A DNA stretch of 64,000 nt from Parcubacteria group bacterium GW2011_GWA2_48_9 (lineage in GTDB: Bacteria; Patescibacteriota; Patescibacteriia; UBA10025). The translations under genes and the position numbers were made by a program. The stretch spans positions 58,008-122,007 of the forward strand of contig LCPQ01000001.1 in assembly GCA_001003705.1 (NCBI GenBank). The letters run 5' to 3'. Below the pieces are notes generated by a model that was given only the letters and a program-made list of their open reading frames with translations, was not told the origin of the DNA and made no database searches. This document shows positions 58,712-64,000 of the stretch, in pieces. Every line of letters begins with the position of its first letter. Position 1 is the stretch's first letter.

Positions 58712-58960
58712 CTAGGAAACTAGTTCACGTGCCTCATATCCTGTCTTTCTGATTTGGTCAAAAATCTTCTCTCTCGTAATCTTTCCGGGGTCGAAGACAA
58801 TCTCGCCAGTGTTGTGCTGTTCGTTGATTTTCACCACTACGCCAATATCCTCGAGGTCCATGGTTATGAGCCGGCTACAAGATGCACAATGCATACCTGA
58901 AATAGTAATGTTCATTGTCTCCATATCATCTATTGCAAAAACACCGATCTCGGTCCCCAA
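58712..58960 (-). CDS. copZ: Heavy-metal-associated copper chaperone (CopZ-like)
   Basis: 82 aa with GMHCASC metal-binding motif and an HMA ferredoxin-like fold. Confidence 0.8.
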   Translation of the reverse strand: MGTEIGVFAIDDMETMNITISGMHCASCSRLITMDLEDIGVVVKINEQHNTGEIVFDPGKITREKIFDQIRKTGYEARELVS

Positions 58961-59883
58961 ACCATAAGGAGTATCCCGGCAAGCACGACAGCAAAATTCA
59001 GTAAAGTATACGGCCAGAATCCATACGGGCGTACTTCCTGGCGCCCGTGTTTATGTTCCTTATATACCAGATAACTCATCCCAGCCAAAATCATCAGCGT
59101 CGCGACAAAAAAGATAGGCAGAAATATGGTGAGACGATCGGAGAACATCATCACCGCTGTCATTGCCCCCATAGTACCCCCCATCAAACCAGCCATCATA
59201 CCTTCCATGATACCCATAATTCCACAGCAGGCACCTACCCATCCGCCTACGCCCATACCTATGATCATGCCAAAAACCGATCCAACAAACATGCCATTAG
59301 TAGTTCCAATGACAATACCAAGGAGTAATCCGGAAATCATTCCGATAGTCATACCGATCATCATACCTGTCATACAAGACACGGCTCCGCGAAAAGCGCG
59401 CAAGTGCCTGATTGCCCCGCCGGTAGCCACCACGGCAATTATGAGATAACCGATATACTGACCGTAGTTTCCCCAGAATGATTCAACATTCCAGAAGAAA
59501 ACGAAGTAAGTAAAATATGCGAGAGCTGCGACAACCACAAGTGTCCCCAGAGTGGATTTAATCACATTCTTTTCAAATGTGTACGCGGCTGGATCTTTGA
59601 AAAAAGATTGTTTGACGCGTCGCACTCGCTCGGACAATGATTCCCCACTGTCCCGGTCTTGCACAGACGTCTCAGACGCACTATAACCGACATTGGCGAT
59701 AGCTTCACGTACCTTTGAGAAGGGTACAATTGCCGGGTCATAACGAAGCTCAACGCGCTCACTTGTATACCGAATATCCTCCACCTCAACACCTATCCGC
59801 CCGAGAGCTTTTGTAATAGTTTTCTCACATGCATCGCAATGCATCCCCTGTATCCAAATGTCTTTGACGATTGTTTCGGTCAT
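58930..59883 (-). CDS. HMA-domain protein fused to a Met/Gly-rich polytopic membrane domain
   Basis: N-terminal HMA domain (…IQGMHCDACEKTI…), then several TM helices packed with MxxxM/GxxxG patterns (…MIGMTIGMISGLLLGIVIG…FGMIIGMGVGGWVGACCGIMGIMEGMMAGLMGG…). Confidence 0.6.
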   Translation of the reverse strand: MTETIVKDIWIQGMHCDACEKTITKALGRIGVEVEDIRYTSERVELRYDPAIVPFSKVREAIANVGYSASETSVQDRDSGESLSERVRRVKQSFFKDPAAYTFEKNVIKSTLGTLVVVAALAYFTYFVFFWNVESFWGNYGQYIGYLIIAVVATGGAIRHLRAFRGAVSCMTGMMIGMTIGMISGLLLGIVIGTTNGMFVGSVFGMIIGMGVGGWVGACCGIMGIMEGMMAGLMGGTMGAMTAVMMFSDRLTIFLPIFFVATLMILAGMSYLVYKEHKHGRQEVRPYGFWPYTLLNFAVVLAGILLMVWGPRSVFLQ

Positions 59884-59894
59884 AGTTATTAAGT

Positions 59895-60938
59895 TTATTG
59901 AGCTTTTGACTGCACTTCCTCGCAGGTCGTCGCATGCCCCGAGGGGTCTGTTATGCATGTCTTATTTTCGGGCATATTTAAAAGAAGCTGCGGAATAATC
60001 CCTGGACATACGGTCGACTGGGACATAAGATGCGCCGCCGTACCATCGACCGGCATTTGTGGGGCAGCAGAGATGGAGTGGGAAAAAACTATTGAACCCA
60101 TAAAAAACAACAGAGCTACAAGTGGGATAATGACAGCGACCCGCGTATGTGGGTAAAACTGTCTATTAATAATTCGCTCAATACGGTCATTAATAGCGGA
60201 AAAAGCGGGGATGGTGGCTGGAATCATTGTTTCACGGACTTTCAACGCCTTTACGAGCGCCCTACCCAGAAAATGATCCGTGCCCTGTTGTCGAATAGCT
60301 GCTTCATCAGCAGAAATTTCCAATAACGTTTTAATATATTCAGCGAACTTCGCGATCCCAGGGATAAACCAGAATACCTTTGTAAAAAAATGTACAATGA
60401 GAAGTCGGCTAGTGTCCCGCTTTATGCAATGGTGTTCTTCATGCAGAAGAACTCCGAGAAGTTCGCCATCGTTGAGCATTTCTATCATACCCCTACTGAT
60501 ATAGATAGTCGGGTGCGAAAAACCGGCACTTACAACGTAAGAACGGGAATCATCAATTTCAAGGACTGGAAATCCTACCCGTTCAGTAATTTTCTGAAGT
60601 CTCATGCTCATGTTCTTACTAGTTTTAGAGCGGAGTGAACGAATATAATTTGCAGTCCGGATAAACGTCACAGCTAGTAAAATAACCGCCACGAAGAAAA
60701 ACACACTTACTGCACCCAACAGGGCAATATTGATTGAGCTCAATACGACGTCTTTGCCCGTCAATCCCGCTATAAGCTGGCTGCAGGCATGAACGAATTC
60801 AGCAAGTACAACACCAACAAACCCTGAAATATGAGGGATAAGGTTAAGTGCGAGCACGAGAGCGCCTAAGACAAGCCCAAGGCCGCTTAATGCAAAAAGA
60901 GAGAACTGCCGACCGCTTGTTTGATCAGATACGTTCAT
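59895..60938 (-). CDS. M56-family (BlaR1/MecR1-like) membrane zinc metalloprotease signal transducer lacking a PBP sensor domain
   Basis: N-terminal polytopic domain with HExxH (…LLHEEHHCIKRD…). The C-terminal roughly 100 aa is extracytoplasmic and His/Met/Cys-containing (…HLMSQSTVCPGIIP…KTCITDPSGHATTCEEV…), with no transpeptidase-like motifs. Confidence 0.8.
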   Translation of the reverse strand: MNVSDQTSGRQFSLFALSGLGLVLGALVLALNLIPHISGFVGVVLAEFVHACSQLIAGLTGKDVVLSSINIALLGAVSVFFFVAVILLAVTFIRTANYIRSLRSKTSKNMSMRLQKITERVGFPVLEIDDSRSYVVSAGFSHPTIYISRGMIEMLNDGELLGVLLHEEHHCIKRDTSRLLIVHFFTKVFWFIPGIAKFAEYIKTLLEISADEAAIRQQGTDHFLGRALVKALKVRETMIPATIPAFSAINDRIERIINRQFYPHTRVAVIIPLVALLFFMGSIVFSHSISAAPQMPVDGTAAHLMSQSTVCPGIIPQLLLNMPENKTCITDPSGHATTCEEVQSKAQ

Positions 60939-61317
60939 TGCTTTTCTCCCTAATTTTCTTTTCGAGAAGCTCGAGTTTTTTCGGGTCTACCTTATCAAGC
61001 GTCTTGACAAACTCAGCGATGGCCACATCACCACACTCGGATATAAGCTTCTTGATGATATCGCCGGAAGCACGAGAAAAAAAAGATTCGCGTTTTTGCG
61101 CCGCTGAGTACTCAAAAGCGCCAGTGTGATCCTTTCGATTCAAGAGTCGCTTCTCCGCGAGGCGGTACATAACCGTCATAACGGTGGTATATGCTATGTG
61201 TCGCTTCTTCCGAAGAATTTTCACAACATCGCGCACCGTAACGGTACCCCGCTCCCAGATAATTTCCATAATTTGTTTTTCAAGCTCTCCGAGTAGGTAG
61301 AATGAGTGTTTTGTCAT
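60925..61317 (-). CDS. BlaI/MecI/CopY-family winged-helix repressor (without C-terminal CxC metal cluster)
   Basis: 130 aa (…LGELEKQIMEIIWERGTVTVRDVV…AYTTVMTVMYRLAEKRLL…) is the penicillinase-repressor fold. The C-terminus is a coiled coil with no CxCxxxxCxC motif. Confidence 0.85.
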   Translation of the reverse strand: MTKHSFYLLGELEKQIMEIIWERGTVTVRDVVKILRKKRHIAYTTVMTVMYRLAEKRLLNRKDHTGAFEYSAAQKRESFFSRASGDIIKKLISECGDVAIAEFVKTLDKVDPKKLELLEKKIREKSNERI

Positions 61318-61336
61318 AACTAGGGTGGATAATCTC

Positions 61337-61373
61337 TACTACGAAATGTAGTATCTCTGAATAAAGGTGTCAA
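61337..61373 (-). promoter_or_regulatory. Promoter of the copY-like operon with overlapping BlaI/CopY-type operator
   Basis: Minus strand reads TTGACA, a 17-nt spacer, then TACATT. The inverted repeat TACTAC-gaaat-GTAGTA at 61337-61353 overlaps the -10. Arrangement and arms are the same as at 54788-54804. Confidence 0.55.
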
Positions 61374-61425
61374 GAGGTGCTTATCGATTTGGCTCAAGGG
61401 CGTCCTGCCTGTCGGCAGACAGGGA

Positions 61426-61881
61426 TCAGGTCCCTACCGGTTCATGCTGAATACGTCGATATGCTGTGACGTTCGTGATCAAGATGCCAAGATAAAAAAG
61501 CAACCCATATACGCAAGCGGGTAAACCGGTAAAGGTAAGTTTGAGAATCCAAACCTCGTACACAATTAGAGTTGATGAAAAAAGTGTTCCAACGACACCG
61601 AGAATAATTAGCGCTTTGATCATGCTCTTCTTCGGTTTTCCCGCTAATGCTGCGGCTGACAGGAGAAATACCGTGAAGAACATTGCAAAACCGTATACAC
61701 AGGTGGGTAAACCGAAAATAAGTACCTTAGCTGGACCGCCGCACGAAACTAACCAATTCAAAGGACCTTGGTGACAACTAGGACCGATAAGATTCCAATA
61801 AGTTAAATACCCCGAGAGTAAACTCCCGGCAAATGCAAAAGTGAGGCTGACGATAGCTAGTTTACGATTACTTGTCATCAT
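61426..61881 (-). CDS. Small polytopic membrane protein with internally duplicated GLPxCVYG motifs and a Cys-rich loop
   Basis: 151 aa with 4 TM segments. Loop …IGPSCHQGPLNWLVSCGGP…. Two halves each contain GLP(T/A)CVYG(F/L) at a helix start. It lies downstream of arsR–YHS in the same orientation. Confidence 0.4.
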   Translation of the reverse strand: MMTSNRKLAIVSLTFAFAGSLLSGYLTYWNLIGPSCHQGPLNWLVSCGGPAKVLIFGLPTCVYGFAMFFTVFLLSAAALAGKPKKSMIKALIILGVVGTLFSSTLIVYEVWILKLTFTGLPACVYGLLFYLGILITNVTAYRRIQHEPVGT

Positions 61882-61910
61882 AGACTCATGTGGTTAACAA
61901 GAACTTACTA

Positions 61911-62387
61911 CTAAATATACCGGACAGCCCGTTTTTCAAATGCAGTTTTACAGCCAGAGGCGCAAAAGTAATATTCGCTCCGCTTATACCAAGAAGATAG
62001 AACAGCAGTCTCAGGAGAGAGTTTCATGCCGCATACAGGATCAATAACGCGCGGTATAGCAGCTTTTTGGCTTATTCGGCTCCATGGTTGAGACTTTTTC
62101 TGGTCAACGAGAATTCCGTGGATGGCATCAAAGGCTTTTGCCACATTATGATGTGCCAGGCAGTACGTCATTTCACGTCCCTCTCGCTTAGGAAGAACCA
62201 GGCGTTCTTGCCGCAACACCTGCAAATGCTGGCTGACGTTTGATTGCGCCATTCCGGTCATTCGCTGTATATCGGTTACCGTCAACGAATGGCTGCGCAA
62301 AAGCTGTATAATTTCCAGGCGTTTGGGGTTGGCAAGCGCTTGAAAAATGCCGCTGTCTTGTTTAAATGCGTCGTTATACATATTCAA
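61911..62387 (-). CDS. ArsR/SmtB-family transcriptional regulator fused to a C-terminal YHS/TRASH metal-binding domain
   Basis: HTH …LANPKRLEIIQLLRSHSLTVTDIQRMTGMAQSNVSQHLQVLR…. C-terminal …DPVCGMKL…YYFCASGCKTAF… is the YHS/TRASH Cys signature. Confidence 0.75.
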   Translation of the reverse strand: MNMYNDAFKQDSGIFQALANPKRLEIIQLLRSHSLTVTDIQRMTGMAQSNVSQHLQVLRQERLVLPKREGREMTYCLAHHNVAKAFDAIHGILVDQKKSQPWSRISQKAAIPRVIDPVCGMKLSPETAVLSSWYKRSEYYFCASGCKTAFEKRAVRYI

Positions 62388-62394
62388 TAAGCTG

Positions 62395-62422
62395 AATATA
62401 TCAAATCAGTTTATTCTGTCAA
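62395..62422 (-). promoter_or_regulatory. Sigma70-like promoter of the arsR–YHS gene
   Basis: Minus strand reads TTGACA (62417-62422), a 16-nt spacer, then TATATT (62395-62400). The -10 ends only about 7 nt from the start codon, so the mRNA may be leaderless or carry a very short leader. Confidence 0.45.
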
Positions 62423-62629
62423 CACGCGGTTATCCACAGCTACATCAACAACAAAAACCGTATACATACGTACGGACGTCAATAAGTTTATTTAATGTAC
62501 CTCTTCCTCCAGAACTCGGATTCGGTTCTGGGCGCCACGCACGCTCGCGGCTTCGAATCCAAGCTGCGTTACCAAAAAACCTTATCATCTTGCACAATGT
62601 TTGCTTGATTAACCTCGTCTATTCCCTTT

Positions 62630-62700
62630 CTCCGGGACTTGGATTCGAACCAAGATACCAGGCTTCAAAGGCCTGTGTCCTACCATTAGACGATCCCGGA
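62630..62700 (-). tRNA. tRNA-Gln (anticodon UUG)
   Basis: Folded by hand. Acceptor UCCGGGA/UCCCGGA with the U1-A72 pair typical of bacterial tRNA-Gln. D-arm GUCU-AAUGGUA-GGAC. Anticodon arm CAGGC-CUUUGAA-GCCUG. T-arm CUUGG-UUCGAAU-CCAAG. Discriminator G. No encoded CCA. Confidence 0.8.
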
Positions 62701-62762
62701 ATACACTAAAACAACTGGCCTATGCACGCACAGTATACGGATTCAGCTATACAGTGTAAAGA

Positions 62763-63680
62763 CTATACTTTGAGATACTTCCCTACTGCGACTGCCGAAC
62801 TGATCACGCTTAACCCCATAGCTATGACAAGCTGTAGAAGCATGATTGAAAGCAAGTGCGACGTGAAATACTGCAAGAGATTGAAATCATAGCCCTCAAA
62901 GAGTGTAGCAATGTAAGGAGAGACTACATGCACAAAAGGATACAGAAGTGCCATGGAAAACAGTACTGCTATGAACGCGTAGAGAATACTTTCTAATACA
63001 AACGGGAATCGGATGAACCAGTTCGATGCGCCAACAAGTTTCATAATACCTATCTCCTCACGATGCGTGTAAATCGTAATACGAATAGTGTTGAATATAA
63101 TAAGTATACTGATTAAAACAAATACACCCGTTACGAGCATTCCGATACGCTGCACCCTCGAAGCGATATCTGAAAGCCGGTCGGTGATCACCTGATTATC
63201 ATCGAAATTACTGTTTTCAATTAACTCCGCATAATCAGGGTCTTCGAGCATTTCGAGAATCAACGGGTAGTCTTCGATATTTTTCGCCTTTATCACGAGT
63301 GTCGCACCGAGCGGGTTCTCCTCAAGTTCATCAAGTGACTGGATAATCTCCGGATCATTTACGTGCCGCTCGCGAAAACGACGTTCAGCCTCTTCTTTTG
63401 AAACAAGGGTTACATTGTCGACGCTTCGTAATGACTCGAAACGATATTGAATATTCTGGATCTCTTGCTGGTCGACATCAGGGTTAAAGTACACTGATAC
63501 GTCAATCTTATTTTCAATAGATGATACCACTTCGCGTGCAACGACATTTACTCCGCCAACCATGCTCACAGAGAATAAGGTGAGTACGAGAATGATCACC
63601 GTTACCACGGAAAGCCAAATGTTTCGCCAGAAACCCTGAAGGGCAAAATGGAAAGCTCGAATGAGTGAAGTTACAATCAT
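62763..63680 (-). CDS. ftsX: Cell-division ABC transporter permease FtsX
   Basis: 305 aa with a TM segment, a large periplasmic loop, three further TM segments and the conserved FtsX C-terminal region. It is directly downstream of ftsE. Confidence 0.85.
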   Translation of the reverse strand: MIVTSLIRAFHFALQGFWRNIWLSVVTVIILVLTLFSVSMVGGVNVVAREVVSSIENKIDVSVYFNPDVDQQEIQNIQYRFESLRSVDNVTLVSKEEAERRFRERHVNDPEIIQSLDELEENPLGATLVIKAKNIEDYPLILEMLEDPDYAELIENSNFDDNQVITDRLSDIASRVQRIGMLVTGVFVLISILIIFNTIRITIYTHREEIGIMKLVGASNWFIRFPFVLESILYAFIAVLFSMALLYPFVHVVSPYIATLFEGYDFNLLQYFTSHLLSIMLLQLVIAMGLSVISSAVAVGKYLKV

Positions 63681-63686
63681 ATGGTT

Positions 63687-64000
63687 TTACAAAAGGTATC
63701 TTCCGGTTTTCTGGTCGGAGATTACCATGCCCTGGTCTATCGTCACGACTCGCTTATGGAGCATATTCACAATTTCCCGGTTATGAGTTACGAGCACAAT
63801 TGTTGTTCCAAACTCGTTTATCTTCCGAAGAAGTTCGATAATATCATGGGCGTTGATTGCATCCAGATTACCTGTCGGTTCATCAGCGACGAGGATCTTT
63901 GGGCGATGAACGAGTGCTCTGGCGATGACCGCTCGTTGCTGCTCGCCGCCGGATACCTCACGCGGAAAACGGTCCATTTTTCCTTCGAGTCCGACTATCT
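63687..64000 (-). CDS. ftsE: Cell-division ABC transporter ATP-binding protein FtsE (C-terminal part; the gene continues beyond the window end)
   Basis: ABC signature and Walker B (…SGGEQQRAVIARALVHRPKILVADEPTGNLD…) plus the H-loop (…LVTHN…). The ORF is open to the window edge. Confidence 0.8.
   Translation of the reverse strand, partial: IVGLEGKMDRFPREVSGGEQQRAVIARALVHRPKILVADEPTGNLDAINAHDIIELLRKINEFGTTIVLVTHNREIVNMLHKRVVTIDQGMVISDQKTGRYLL

Noticed and set aside
1-64000. Scan for rRNA, tmRNA, RNase P RNA, integrases, transposases, toxin–antitoxin pairs and restriction-modification or other defence genes
   Set aside because: Only one tRNA-Gln was found. No ORF shows integrase, transposase, nuclease/ATPase defence, methyltransferase or TA signatures. 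The copper island therefore lacks direct evidence of mobility apart from the adjacent tRNA-like fragment.

Overview
The window is a densely packed, mostly single-copy bacterial chromosomal segment of about 48–50% GC, with short intergenic gaps and frequent 4-nt start/stop overlaps. The gene content is consistent with a reduced-genome lineage such as Patescibacteria/CPR, but that is an inference made without any database search: minimal cell-wall and translation genes, type IV pilin-like genes including a 647-aa 'giant pilin', large surface proteins, and several decayed genes. From the 5' end, the + strand carries mreC (partial), mreD, mrdA, greA, lysS, an HD hydrolase, serS, alr, ddl and an ftsQ-like gene. 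A minus-strand block then runs through an M23 peptidase, gltX, a transporter, a disrupted dinB, an EamA transporter, three prepilin-like genes, a translin-like protein and xseB-xseA. A mixed-strand block of accessory genes follows (Nudix, a GxGD-type membrane protease candidate, SGNH hydrolase, IMPase, DUF2207, WecG/TagA glycosyltransferase, ThpR, a secreted repeat protein, LigB/MEMO1-like, CofE-like, a Walker-A-less PriA-like protein, a Def–Fmt fusion, a GT2 synthase, Nudix, GDPD, prs, folC). A pentose-phosphate cluster (PfkB kinase, split transketolase, rpe, rpiB) has two of its genes disrupted. Next come an orphan histidine kinase and a large surface protein, then a lipid/iron block (CDP-alcohol phosphatidyltransferase, VIT, α/β hydrolase, DedA). 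The best candidate for a novel system is a roughly 8.5-kb minus-strand copper/thiol-redox island (53.9–62.4 kb) downstream of tRNA-Gln. It contains a DsbA-like gene, copA, two cupredoxin-like genes, ccdA, copZ, an HMA-domain/Met-rich membrane protein, an M56 BlaR1-like protease, a BlaI/CopY-like repressor, a Cys-motif membrane protein and an ArsR–YHS regulator. Two near-identical TACTAC-N5-GTAGTA operators overlap the -10 elements in this island. ftsX and ftsE (partial) close the window. No CRISPR array, rRNA, integrase or transposase was seen. A recurring oddity is internal deletions of roughly 100–170 nt (frameshifting in dinB, tkt-N and the PfkB kinase, in-frame at the def–fmt junction). 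These could be real gene decay or an assembly artefact.
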